In this document: positions 1 through 13,622 of the stretch, one piece after another
How the letters are laid out: every line of letters starts with the position of its first letter
Position numbering within the stretch: position 1 is the stretch's first letter
Source: Rhizophagus irregularis
Lineage: Eukaryota
Assembly: GCF_026210795.1 (NCBI RefSeq)
Contig: NC_089433.1
Location: forward strand, 1,674,001 to 1,738,000
Reading direction: 5' to 3'
Length of the DNA stretch: 64,000 bases
Notes under the pieces: model-generated
Told to the model about the DNA's origin: nothing
The model's database searches: none
The model's input: only the letters and a program-made list of their open reading frames with translations
Program-made: the position numbers and the translations under genes

Positions 1-84
1 GTTTAGTAATTTGAAATTATTTAGTGAATAAAGTCTCCGATATGTACAGTATGTCGAATCTATGCATGTGACCATGTGATACTA

Positions 85-255
85 TCGAATAATCAAAAAT
101 GATACATTTTTTTTCAATAATCAAAAACGATAGAATTTTTTTTTCAATAATCAAAAATGATACATTTATTTTTTCAATAATCAAAAACGATACAACAGTT
201 TGTACAACTAACTTCTATAATCAAAAAGCATCACCTCCTTAATCAAAAACGATAT
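85..255. repeat. Short tandem repeat of ~30 bp, about 5-6 copies of (C)AATAATCAAAAAYGATA
   Basis: AATAATCAAAAATGATAC/AATCAAAAACGATA recurs at roughly 88, 116, 146, 176, 218 (partial) and 241. Confidence 0.7.
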
Positions 256-1002
256 ATTTGCATTATATTAAGATATATTTATTTGTTTACTACTGTACCG
301 GTATATCTATTATTATTTTTATATTATCGCCGTTTTCGATCATTGATTAAATTTCGTAATAATAATAAATAATAACTCCCCGATTACAAAAATAAAATCA
401 CGTTTTACTATAATACTATGCCACCATCGTACAAACTTTATTAATTTTTTATTTTTGTTATTTACATATTATAAAAATTTTGAATTTATTATATTTTATA
501 TCCAAATATATGGATTAATTTCTGTATATTAAAATTAATTTGAACTTTAATATCACTTATAATTTTAAATAATAAGCTTTACAAGAAAAAAATAGGATCG
601 GGTGCTTGTTTTCGTAATTTCGTAAGTATACGATATCAAATATTCCGAGTTGACGTAATAAGTATGATAATTAATTTAGTTATGCAGCACAGAATTACAA
701 ATAAAAACACAAAAAGCAAAGACCTTATCATTTACTAAATAAATTTGTCATGGCACTCCGGCTCAGCTCACAGTATTTAAGTACTGTAGGAAATTTGATA
801 CTGTATTGGATCTAAATATTTATTCGTATGATCATGAGGTAATCCTCTTTGCTTAAAAGATTATTTGATTATTTCGCAATTTATTAATTTCTTACATTAA
901 ATGAGTAAGTACGTACAGTAAGTTTTAAATTTCAAATATCAACAATAATAATTAAATATTATACAAGTATACATTTTTATATTACTGTTCTAACTTTATA
1001 TA

Positions 1003-4000
1003 TCATTCATCATCTTCTTCGGAATTTTCTTCTTCAGCTTCTTCAAGCCATTTGACAAAAGGTGCAATCTAAAAATAGAAGTTGTTAATAAAAATAAAAA
1101 GTCTTATAATGCTAATATTAATAGTGTTGAATCGAAATATACCACATCATGTATTTTCGAATAAATTTCTGGTTTTCCCACTCCTCCCTTAGAACGTTCA
1201 TCATAATACCATTCTAAAATTGCGTCTTCTTCTATTACATCTATTTCGTACAATGTTCGAAGTGACGGTGCAAATATTTTGCTATTTATATCCGTCTTTG
1301 CACAATATTTCTATAAAAGATATTAAATAGATATGAATCAGTTAAGGCTTATATGATAAATGAATAAGGAAAAAAGACTATTTACTTGTAATGTAAATAA
1401 AGCATCAGTTTGATCATCCTTAGAATGGACTAATTTTCCAATGAGCGGTCCCCAGCGAGTCAATACCTGATTGTTATAATATTAATATATTATAATAATA
1501 ATAAAATGACATTAGCTAGAATAATTCTACCTACGTCTTTAGTGCTAGCCAATAATTTATCAGTATTAATTTGATTCAATATTGATGGTATTACTACAAT
1601 TCGAGTATCACGAAATGAAGTATTTGAAGCCATACGCAAAGTATTCAGTTCTAAAGATGCTATTTCTATAGTATGACCTTCCGAAAATGCACGTTCGACC
1701 GTTTGTGCAACTTCCTTCGAGAAAATTTCTAAATTAGATGGTTCGTCAGAATCACTTTCCTCATCGGAAGATCCTTCACTTATTACAGATGCTGTCGACT
1801 CGTCGTCAGTAAATGATAAGTTGGACAAATCATATGCTAAAATATTTGACATAATGTTAATTTGAATTTACTAATATCGTAAGGGGATGAACTAATTGAT
1901 ACTTTACCGAGAGTTGTAACTTTTATATTTTTTGCTTCATCATCATCTTCTACATCGGACGTTTCATCGTTCCATATATGACCTTTTCCATTTTCTCCAA
2001 TTAATTTAATATCATAAGCTGAAATTCAACAATATATTAATAATTATTTATAACAAATCCAATTTAAACTTTACTTACAATCATCTTTCTGATTATCCTT
2101 CACTAATTTTATATTTTGAGCGTGTAAAAGTTGGTTTATCTCTTTATCTTCTTTATCTTTCGTATCATAATCATCATAATCTAAATTTTGTTTATGCCTG
2201 GTCAATTTGGTGTACGAAGGCAGAGTAATCTTAGGTCCAATAATTACATTGTAAGAGAGTAAACATCCCTTGTTGACAATTACATTTTCTTCTAATACAA
2301 CGTTATTCGCTAAAATCGACCGCGATATTGAGCAATTTGCGTTTATGGTTACATTATCCCAGATGTATGCTCCATCTATTTTAACATTCGGACCTAATAA
2401 GGAAAAATATCAAATGATTACTTAAATTCTCGCAAAAAAAAGATAGAATAAAGTATTAAATTACCTATATTAACTCTTCGTCCAATTACAGAGTTAGTTA
2501 TCTTTACATTTTCTGCAATTTCAGTACCGGAACCAATTATAACCTTTTCGCCTAAAACGCAAGATCTAAAGCAAATAGTTATCAATTCGAATAGGGGATG
2601 TGTGATTCATTTAATATTGATATTAACCTTGAAAGCGATACATTTTGTTCTTTATAAATTTGTCCACGCATATATTCATAGCTATCTCCCTCTTGTAAAT
2701 TACTATCAGGAACAATAGGATAGGTCCAGCGGGATAAAACATCTTTACTAGATTTTTTTTTTTAAGGAAAATTTTTTTTTTTTTAATAAAAAATTCAAGT
2801 TCTCACAAATCATATGATTATATTTGTTTATTACCTAATAGCATCGTATGTTTGTAAATCACGAACTCTTGCAGCATATGCGTCCTTTACGATATGACAA
2901 TATATTGTCTTACCCAAAAGATCTGATGTCAAAATACCGTAAACGAAATCCTTCCGGATATCTTGATAATCAAAATTTTCGGTAAATAATGCTAGGACCT
3001 ATAATGAATAAATAAACACTCGATAATTATCCTTATCTCCTTGGAAAGTTTAAAGCAAATTACAATGACTAACTGTTCTTACCTCGATGGAACAAATATC
3101 AATTTGACAATCGACAAAATCATTACGTATTTGAACGTTAGAATGTTTTTCGAATACCTCCATATCCATAATCATATTCCTTTTGTGTGGGTATAATTCC
3201 GCAGATTCATAATGAACACATTCTTGGGTTTTCCCATCAAGAACAAAAATTGACGATTCTCCTAAGGATCTTTATAAAATAATATATCAAATTAAAATAA
3301 AATATTTGACTCACAATAAAGTAGACTCACCTAGTTCTATGAAAAGGACTGGCTTCTTTCACAACCTAATTCAAAGTCAGTCATAGGAAATACGACAATT
3401 AGTTTAATTCAGTCTAAAATATCTCTTACTATATTTCGGAAACATTAATTACCATTGTCATGATTAGATTTTTGTCAATATTTTTTCGAGTTCTTCATAA
3501 TAAAACATGTTTAACATTTAATTCAATGTAAGTAAAAAATATTACCAAGGCCAAATATATCTAACATTGCAGAAAATCTATTTATCCCACCTATGTGCAT
3601 CTAAAATTTTGTCTAAATGAATGTTTGATACAACATCACCGCTAATAAGAATAAAATCTGAACTAATCAACTGTTTTGCGTCTAATTCTCTTAAAACATC
3701 TCCAATTGAACGTGCTTCGGGCGTAACAATGGGAATTATTTTAAATGGTGAATGTGATCGATTCCATTTTGATGTGCTAAGATAAAAAGAATGATTAAAT
3801 CAACGTAAAATTCGGCCACATCTTATAAACGTTATCTATAATAATATGTATATTCACCTTATATAATTCTTAATTTTTTCTGAATGTGCTCTACAAAGAA
3901 TATAAACCTCTTGTACACCGGCAACAGCAAGACATTCTAATGTATATTCAATTAAAGGTGTGTTGCAAAGAGGTAATAAACACTACAGATATAATAATTC

Positions 4001-4179
4001 GTTAACCAAATAACTAACCGCAAATAAAAATTCTAAAAAAATAATAATAAACACCATACTCGCGGCATATCAAGAGTTATCGGACGAAAGCGCTCGTTAA
4101 AGCTGTCGGCTAGAACTACAGCTTGTAAAGCTGTTTCAGCTTCAATATTTTTCCCCGTACTTTTGGTAGTTGGCGCCAT
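1003..4179 (-). CDS. GCD6: Translation initiation factor eIF2B epsilon subunit (multi-exon)
   Basis: Spliced translation starts MAPTTKSTGKNIEAETALQAVVLADSFNERFRPITLDMPR..CLLPLCNTPLIEYTLE (nucleotidyltransferase-like). A hexapeptide/LbH region lies at ~2200-2650. The C-terminal W2 domain reads LELNTLRMASN..LYEIDVIEEDAILEWY..FVKWLEEAEEE. Stop TGA at 1003-1005. Confidence 0.93.
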
Positions 4180-4527
4180 TCTAAATATAAAATCTCACTG
4201 ACTCTATATTATTAATCAAAGTGAAGAATTAATTCCATTTATCTTTCTTATTTCAGTGCCAAAATAACATCAAAAATAGTTATGATAAAAAAAAAAAAAT
4301 TGATAATGCGCCACGGACGTACTATGAAGATCGGAAGATCAGATCTATTTTTGTACAGTTACAATATACGAATTCGTATGTTCAAAAAAAATTTTTAATT
4401 TACTCGGGCAATTTTGGAGATATAAAATTGAGGATACAAATGAAAGATTTATGAACAATACACAAGAATGAATTATATCTATCAATAATTTTATCTATTA
4501 GTCTTTATGCTTAAACAAGAAGAAAAT

Positions 4528-6431
4528 TTAGTAACTTTTTGTGTGCACCACGCTTGGCCCGTGATCATTGTAATCAACTTTGTTAATAAACCCTTTAGGA
4601 TCAGGAAATGAAAGCTTAAATGCAAATAAAATATTATGTAAATTAGAGCAATTTAATAAGTCGAATGATAGAATAAAGAGTTAACAAGATACCTTGGCTG
4701 TTATAGAGGCGCCCAAAAACCCAGCCAAATCATTTCTATCTTTAAGATTTGTAAAATATTCTGGAATTTTTAAGAATTTTGCTTCTTTTACCTGATATTC
4801 TCCACTATTATCAGAAAATGTAAGATATGGTGCTAAGTCGGTTTTAATACGTTCTTTTAAACCTTTTATTTAAAAGATAATAATGATTTTAATACAGTGA
4901 AAAAGATTTAAAAATAACCCTTTGCTAACCTTTCATGATGGATGATCCCCCGGTAAGCACAACATTCTCCCATAGTAAGTTACGCTTGTCTGGTTCACAG
5001 CTAGATATGGTCAAGTAAATCGCTTCTGTTAATGACAAAACTCCTTCCTTGTTAACCAACATTGGGTCAAAGATAGGCTCTGTAACACGAAAACGTTCCG
5101 GACCAACTGTGAACTAATAACCATTAAAAAAGGTTAATTTCTCATGATTCACTCGCAAAAGATTTCTTGCGCCCAGAAATGTTGAAATGTTTAACGAACT
5201 TTTCTCCCTTGATATTCAACTTCCATCCTCGCAGGTTTATCTTCCAAGTTGTTAGCATCTAACAAAACTTCGCAAATATCTGCTGATTCTTTAAGTGCTC
5301 TTGCAATATCTATATCAGGTGTATCTCCATATTCTTCAATAAATTGAGAGTCTGATAAAAGTAACGAATGAAAATATTCATCAAAATCTTGGCCGCCAAT
5401 CGGAATAGTTTGTATTGCATGATGTTGAATTGAACATTCTAATATTGGAGTTATTTCTAAATTGAAAATCAAATGTTAATAAAAGCAATTAACAAAAGAT
5501 CACAATGAATTATCGTACCTGTTTTCCCATAACCGATGTCAACAACCAAACCATTAAGGCTGCCACATCCGTACAGTGCCATTAATGCTTGATTAGCTAT
5601 GTAAAGTCCAGGAGAATTAAATGTTTCAAAAAATATTCGTGCAATTTGTTCATATTGCACTTTAGTCCAAGTACTTGGAACTGTAACAATTACCGGGCAT
5701 TCATTACGCGATCTCTTGATATTAAATTCCTTTAAAAGAATATGTCGCCTGTTCATAAATGAGTCATGTAAGCATTATGACAAAACCGCTAAAAAAAATC
5801 GTTATAATAATCTAAACGTACCATAATGCTTCTAATTCATCCAAATTTTCCATATTTCCACGTTTTATCGGAAAAGAAGTCACGATATTGCCTTTATATT
5901 GTTCCTTGAATTCTTTTAATTGCAAACCACAAATATATCTTGGTTCTTTAGAATTCTTGGTTGATGTCGCTTTTTCTGGCGAATTTGATGTTGATTGCTC
6001 AGGATTCTCCGTACCTCCCTGTAACATCTCGGAATCATGCTTTTCAACTTCCGTTTCGGGTATTTTTCCGACTTCAGTTTGAAGAAGCTACAAACGATTC
6101 AGTTTATGCTAAGTTGTTGGCCATAACCGAAGTTCATTCGATTCTTTACAAATTTGCTAATAAATTTACAGCAAATAGCTGACTATACTAGCACACTATA
6201 AACAGGAAGCGAATCTTAAGAAAGTATGACTCGATCAAATAAAATCCGCGTTATAAAACGCGTGTAAAACACCAATAGACTTGCCGAGTAGCCAAAAAAT
6301 AAAAAATCTCAAAAAAAAGCACTTACCACGGAAGGAAGCTGGTTCGTATCAGCTACGCCTATTCCTGCCTTTATTTTCCAAGAGCCATTTTCAATAACTA
6401 CGTAAGATTCTTCCTTCAAAGAGAAATGCAT
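4528..6431 (-). CDS. Actin-related protein, Arp9-like (SWI/SNF-RSC type), multi-exon
   Basis: MHFSLKEESYVVIENGSWKIKAG (actin phosphate-1 motif), IFFETFNSPGLYIANQALMALYGCG, LVVDIGYGKT, VGPERFRVTEPIFDP, LLWENVVLTGGSS, AGFLGASITAK. C-terminus GPSVVHTKSY*. Confidence 0.8.
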
Positions 6432-6558
6432 TTTGATAAGATATATAAGATATAACACTTTGATCTGTGTACTTGTATTATAGGATGAAAAATGATTGGT
6501 TCAGATATCTGACAAAAATAAACTTGTAGATAATCATAAAGTTGCTTTATAATTAACA

Positions 6559-7354
6559 ATGAGCAATAACAATCAAAGAATTCAAAATCGAGAGGTGAAT
6601 GACTTATGTTTCTTTTTCTTTTTATTTATCAATCATAAATTAATTCATGGTATTATTTTGTTTTAAATTTAAGTTTTTGAAAGCGGCGACATGGCAAATT
6701 GTAAACGATATTTGTAACGAAGAAGGTATGATATATTCTACTTCACTTCTCGGATAATATTTATATATATCGTAATTAATTGGGTTCTTAGCCGACGAGT
6801 TGAACGTAATTCCTACTCAACAATTTATCGCGTCATTGACCGAATTGGTTTACAAGCAAGCTGGTAATATCTATCCCTCTCATTTATATTTCAATAATTT
6901 TTACTGAAATTCTTTATTCTCGCTTATTTAGAAAAACTCGCCACGAACTTGGAAAATTTTGCAAAGTACTATAATTTATTATGAATATGATCTTTTATTT
7001 ATTAAATTATTTATTATTTATATCGTTAAATAGTCATGCGAATCGATCCACGATATCAATAAACGATGTAAAGGTAACTAAAAAATTTTATTGGCCTTTT
7101 TTTCTTCACATTTAATTCATATTCTATTTAAAACGATAAAGCTTTGCAGTCGACGTAATGATGAATTGGTGAGCGTTTTTCTATCCTTTATTTATAATAA
7201 ATTTTAAAATATGATTAACATGTTGTCACTAATATAGAATACGCATATTAATGAATTTGCCAATTCCATTATTGAACAACGTGTTACAAGATCTTCAGTA
7301 AGAAAACCACTTAATCAACAAGATTCACTAAATGATAATGAGAACAACGATTAA
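6559..7354 (+). CDS. MHF1: Centromere protein S / FANCM-associated histone-fold protein MHF1 (7 short exons; absent from the ORF track)
   Basis: Manual splice: MSNNNQRIQNRE|FLKAATWQIVNDICNEE|ADELNVIPTQQFIASLTELVYKQA|EKLATNLENFAN|HANRSTISINDVK|LCSRRNDEL|NTHINEFAN.., matching the CENP-S pattern LE.FA.HA.R.TI...DV.L..RRN. Confidence 0.85.
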
Positions 7355-7542
7355 ATGTTACAATATCTCTTATACAAGTAATAATATTTCTTTAAAGAAG
7401 TAATTGATAAATGTCTCTAAAAATTCTAGGATTGCACGAAATAGAAAGTAACTCATTTATACAATGTAATCGATTGTATTTACATATTAAATACCTTAAT
7501 ATGCATATATTAGTTATTATCATCTAAGACATAAGTAGATGA

Positions 7543-10189
7543 CTATTTTTTCGTTTCCGTATTTTCTTGACTAGTTACTGCTGTTCCCTCTTTTAGATGA
7601 GATATTAAAGTATCTCGTCTTCTCTTTAAAATTTGATCTTCATTAAGAATATTTTGTTGCTCCCACAAAACACATTCACGTTCGTTTACAGGAGACAATA
7701 CAACTTCAGATGTGGAAGTGTGCATTGGAGATGATAGTTTATGTGAATTTTCAGTAATATCTGAGAGCGAATGTGAAACATGGATACTTGACTTTGGTGA
7801 TGTAGAAGGATGATGAGAAATTTCAAGAGGAGAAATATTTCTCCTTCCATTCCGTTGAGTTTTGGTTATGTCATTTATTGTAGAAGGTCGAGACGAAAAC
7901 ATCAACCCTTCTTCATCGTCATGTGCAATCCTTTCATTTTCAACTTTCGAATCTGGTGCTTTTTCTAAACTTTGAGATAACCATCTTGCAATAACTCTTA
8001 CAGCGCCTGAACTCTCTGGCAATAATGCCAACATTTGTAAAAACGCGTGACTAATGCCTTGAAGGATTTTTACTTCTACCCAATCATCAGTATCATCAGA
8101 CTTGTCTACGCTACTCATTCTTAAATTTTCTCCAAACTTAGCACTGTTCTGTTTTTTCCTCATCTTGGCTTCTCTTATACGTCCCGCAAATACAACAGTA
8201 TCATCTACCAAAGGATCTTTTTCTCCACACATAAGATAAACTTTTGGAAATTGTGCCAACAATTCATCAGGTCCAACAATAGGAGATAGCAAATAATCCG
8301 AGGTGAAATCAGGACAATTATTAGGACCAAGATAAAGAATGGCCATTGCCCGCATCTAACAACGAAAAAAAAAGTTAAATATACAATAACAAATTAACTT
8401 TACAACCCAAACGAACAGCTTTACCAGGTCAGGATTAAGAATCCTGTCATTAAAATAACTCATACGACTCGTCATTGCCAATCGTGTTCCTATTATAGGA
8501 CGAGAATTTCTTTCATTGAGATGTCGAGTCATATCACGACCATCAATATATTTAACTCTTTCTTCAATTGTCTTTTCGTCTTCTCTCGATCCAGAAAAAC
8601 CTCTACTCCATCTTCTCTTTTTTTTAATATCTGGTACTACAGCCAAAGGACTTTTATGTCGTAAATGATCTTTAGATTCTAATAATCCATGAATGGAAGG
8701 AGTAGATTCTGCTCTTATAACAGAAAGTTGAGACGGTGACATCCAACATGTAATGTCAAAATTCAAACAAGGATAAATAAGAATTAAAGCATTAGGATGC
8801 GGAAGGGGCGTTGGAGATTCAAGTATTTTGAACATTACCGATGTTACAATATTTCCGCCACTTTATTTTGTTTGTAATAAGAATAATTAATAAATTAAAA
8901 AATAACTACTTATAAACGGGATATCATAATACTTACGCAGAATCTCCGACCATTACAATTTTAATTTGTTTCCTTTTGCTGCCATCTTTATTTGTCCATC
9001 CAGACATACCTATAGCTTCACCGTTACTTTCCATAATACTTTGATAAACATCAAAACATTCCTCCAAAGCATAAGGGTATGGAAACTCTGGTGCTTTCGC
9101 ATAGTCTATACTCAAAATAGGGACATGAGTCTTTTTTGCCCAATGACATAAATAATCCTCATGGCAAGGAGGGGGCATCGTAATAAAACCACCTCCTGGA
9201 AAATCGAGTATAAGTTTATCACTATTTTCGAATGACTCTTGTGTACCATCATAGTAAATATAACCTACAACTGGTTGTGAACCATGAGGATTATTTTTTG
9301 GACGAGGAATAAGAATTTTTTTTTGGCATATAGTCAAACGTGGACTCAATAACTTGATCGCAGCACGTAATATCGGATTAAGTGTCTTTTCCCAAGAAAC
9401 TCGTAGACACTCGACAGTTATTGTAGCGCGTATTCTTCGAGCCTGAAATAGAATGTTTAAATAAAGTATCCAAAAAAATGAAGATAGCCATTAACGACTT
9501 CTTACCTTTTCGTCTGCCTGATCAGCAAAAATCAAATAGTATATAGAAAAAACTATGGACATTATATCCCTGAGAAATTTAGGACGAATCGACATTGCAG
9601 TCCAAAATCCGGCATCAAGTGCGGTTAAAATCCATGTTGCACGATAAAAATTACGACTGTACTATTATATTATAAAAGTTTTTTAGCATTTAAAGACAAA
9701 AAATATAGAATTAATTTACAGTACATACAAGTCGGGAAAGTGGTTCAGGTGCTTTTGTAAACGTTAAAAAAATTGTTAGCAATATATTAAAAAAAATAAA
9801 TACGAATGGAAGACATTAATAACTTACCACCAAGTCCTATCATGCGGTCAGCATTCTTTAGCATATATAAGACTGTCAAAGTACCAGCAATTAATTGAAA
9901 AGGAGTAAACCGACCTAAATATATGAAGCTTGTTAATACTAAGGATATCGACATAACAAGAGCAATTAAAAAAAGACTTACAGAGTTTCTCATTCAAATT
10001 TCGACAAAATTTAGGACCTCTGCTATCTGCTTTGTGTAGGTACAAAAACCTGAAAAAGAGAAATTACAAGTAAGATAAATGTCAAGTTAAGAGAATATCA
10101 AGTTTGAACCATTACCAGACAAAGGATACTAAAAATACTTGAAAACGTTTCCAAGAGGGAGAAGGCCTTCCTAAAAGGTGATCAATCAT
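7543..10189 (-). CDS. Hormone-sensitive-lipase family alpha/beta hydrolase (Abhydrolase_3), multi-exon
   Basis: MIDHLLGRPSPSWKRFQV start, RATWILTALDAGFWTAM, oxyanion DFPGGGF, IDYAKAPEFPYP, nucleophile GDSA|GG split by an intron, GEKDPLVDD, HAFL. Confidence 0.88.
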
Positions 10190-10523
10190 ATTCTTTAAAT
10201 TCTCTTCTCAATAGCGTTCAAGAGTAAGTTCGGTGATAGCCATATGATTTCGATCATCTAAATCATGTTAAATAATGAAGTAATTACCTAATTTTTTGAG
10301 TGGATCATACAAATGATGTGATGTTTGTTTCCAGAAATATCCACCATAAAGATAAATAAAGAACTTCGTACAACATATAAGTTTGTTGACAAATATACTA
10401 GTTTTTTAAATTGAATCTTGCAATCCGCGCAACGAATTTTAATTTTTTTAATGGATTTCTTACTAAGAGATTATATATAACGATAATTTAATATTTCACT
10501 TAAAAGATTTTCATATTTTCAAA

Positions 10524-13147
10524 ATGCCCCGAACTTTACACGCCGAGACAGTTCTAGGACAGTCTCTCTTCCAAAAAATAAGTAACTGTCGCGTACTAAT
10601 GGTTGGAGCCGGTGGCATCGGCTGCGAGTTATTAAAAAATTTGGCAATGTCTGGTTTTCGTCAGATCGAACTGGTTTGTCTTTATTGCTTACCGTTTAAT
10701 TTGTACACGTGTAATATTAATCTGAAAAAAACATAATATATGGCAGGTTGATCTGGATACAATAGACCTTTCAAATTTAAATCGGCAATTTTTATTTCAA
10801 AAGCAGCATATTATGAAGTCTAAGGCAGAAGTATGTCATTAAAATTTTATTTTATTTTCTAGAATTTTCGCGTTTTAACAATTCTTTTGTTAAAAATTAG
10901 GTCGCGCGTGAATCCGCGTTAAAATTTAACCCTAATATAAATATTATTGCGCACCATGCTAATATCAAAAGCCCTCGTTTTAACGTTGAATGGTTTAAAA
11001 GTTTCGATATTGTAATGAACGCGTTAGACAATCTTGGTACTAATGTTATTTATTAATACTTATAATATTTTTCAATATATTAAATTAAATTTAAATTTAT
11101 TCAGATGCTAGACGTCATGTAAATATGATGTGTTTAGTTGCCAATGTACCATTAATTGAATCTGGTACGGAAGGATATTTGGGTCAAGTTACTGCCATTA
11201 AAAAGGTTTGTAATTATCAAAATTTTACTTATTATTATTATTAATTGACGCGTTAATTTCAGTTTATTATTAATTTTAGGATGAAACCGAATGTTATGAT
11301 TGTCAACCTAAACCAGTAAGAAGAACATACCCAGTATGTACAATTCGAAGCACTCCCAGCCAACCTATTCATTGTATCGTGTGGGCTAAAAGCTATCTTT
11401 TTAGGTTTGTCCGCTCTATGAAAATATTCTATTTATATTACGTCATTTTAACAAATTTTTTAGTCAGTTATTTGGATTACCTGAAGATGATGATGATGAA
11501 CGGTTAGAAGCAGAAATGACTCAAGAAAACGGTAAATTTTATTCTTTACAACGAGTTTCATTTATATATTTCTAATCATTATAATCTTTTGTATTCTCTT
11601 CAGTAAAAGAAATAGAAAATCTTAAGAAAGAAACGCAAGCGTTAAAGCAAATTAGAGAAGCAATGGGAACGGCTGATTATCCTCAGAAGGTTTTTAAAAA
11701 GGTTTTTACAGATGATATAAATCGTTTGCTCAGTATGGAAGATATGTGGCAAAACAGAAAATCTCCTGTGGCATTAAAATATGAAGAAATAGAAAAACTA
11801 GTTACAGAAGGTAACTCACAGTTAAATAACACGGAAGAATCTAATACATTAAAAGACCAACGTGTATGGAGTTTAGCGGAAAACTTCGTTGTATTCTTAG
11901 ACAGGTTTGTTAAATATGCTATATATATTTTTGACTTATTATTATTTATTTTTATATTTGTTTATATTTAGTGTTCGACGACTGAGCGAAAAATTGATGA
12001 AAGAACAAGCAAATAACCCAAATGCTTCTCTTTCATTTGATAAGGATGACCCTGATTCTTTGGATTTTGTAACAGCAACATCCAATCTACGGTCAATTAT
12101 CTTTGATATTGAACCAAAATCACAATTTAAAGTTAAAGGTAAGAAATAGATCTTATTTTACACAGATTCATGCCGAAATGTTACATGTTAAATACTCTTT
12201 TTTTTTCCCTAAACTTTAGAAATGGCTGGTAATATCATTCCAGCTATTGCAACAACCAATGCAATAATTGCAGGAATGATTGTGATGCAATCATTTAAAA
12301 TACTTAATGAAAAACTGAATGAGTGTAAAACTGTACATATTAAAGTATTTTGATTATAATATTTTTTATTGAGTATTTTAAAAATAAAGTTTTATCGTAT
12401 TTTAGATATTTTTTGACGGTTCAAGACGACCACAAATCTTTCTTTCTGAATCATTAAATCCACCAAATCCAGAATGTCGCGTTTGCAACAATACACATAT
12501 TATTTTGAAAGTAAACACCAAAAAGGCAACTTTACGTGATTTTCTCGATAAAGTTATTCACGGACGAAATGATGATATGGATATTGGTGAAGTTATAGTA
12601 GAAGAGGGAGGAAGGTCTGAGATTACTTTCAATGTGATGGTTATAATTTTGTACTATTGTTTTGTTAAATCTAATTTTTTTATTAACAGGATTATATATG
12701 ATGTTGAGTATGATGACAATCTTGATGCTACTTTTGAGCAACTTCAAATTACTGATGGTAAATTAGTTTCGGTAAAGCCGGATGATGATATTGACGAACA
12801 AAATTCGTCCATTTTTGCTATTTCTCATAGGTATTACATTTTTTTTCCCTGAATTTCCTTGTAATTTAATTTGATATATCTAATACTTATTCTAAATTAA
12901 TAGAGATTTTGAAACGCCTAATACATGGTTTCAAGTTGATGGTGAACCTTTTGCTACTAGAAACAAGATTTCTGTCACAAAATCTAATTCATTTTCTAAA
13001 CAAAAAAGGAAGCTGGAAGAATCCGAAGTTGATACTTTTGAAGGATTATCCCGTAAACGTCCTGCAATGAACGAGGAGATTTTAGTGGAAGACGATGATA
13101 TTATAGTTACAGATAGTGGAACTCAAAAACTTATTGTCATTGATTAG
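10524..13147 (+). CDS. UBA2: SUMO-activating enzyme E1 subunit 2 (UBA2/SAE2), multi-exon
   Basis: [51 protein letters not shown] (catalytic Cys), [38 protein letters not shown]. Stop TAG at 13145-13147. Confidence 0.93.
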
Positions 13148-13622
13148 TTTGTCATCTTTCATCTAATAAAGCAATGTTAAGAAAAGTGTCTATAATTTAA
13201 ATTATTACAAAACCTTAAATGTTTATTAAATTATATATATAAAACGTATTTACAACATCAAATTTAATCTATAAAAGTAAAAATATATTCAAGAAATATT
13301 TGTAAATAAATATTGATATAATACAAAAAGAAAGAAAATTCTAATTCTAAATGACAAAAAAATGTTGAATCTTAATTTTATCAAATTTCCTTATTTAATA
13401 TTTTCATCATAATGTTTCATTCATAATTGCTACGAAAATCATATACATTTTATACATTTTACACTTAAGCAATTCAAAGGTAACGTTTAATGTGCACCAC
13501 ATCTATAGTAAAAACTTTATAAAGCCATAAAAGGGAGATATTATATCATAGTATAATGACGTGAAAATTTCATCGTCACAAATAAAATCTATATATATCT
13601 TAAACGAATTTCACTTAATTTA

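Noticed and set aside
4616..4693. Further U12-type introns (GTATCTTG donor in the Arp9-like gene; GTATCTAA in BIR1 at ~23520)
   Set aside because: Donors deviate from the GTATCYTT consensus and no CCTTAAC branch site is visible
6110..6135. 5S rRNA-like start (GTTGTTGGCCATAAC) on the + strand
   Set aside because: Downstream sequence lacks the conserved 5S motifs at the right spacing
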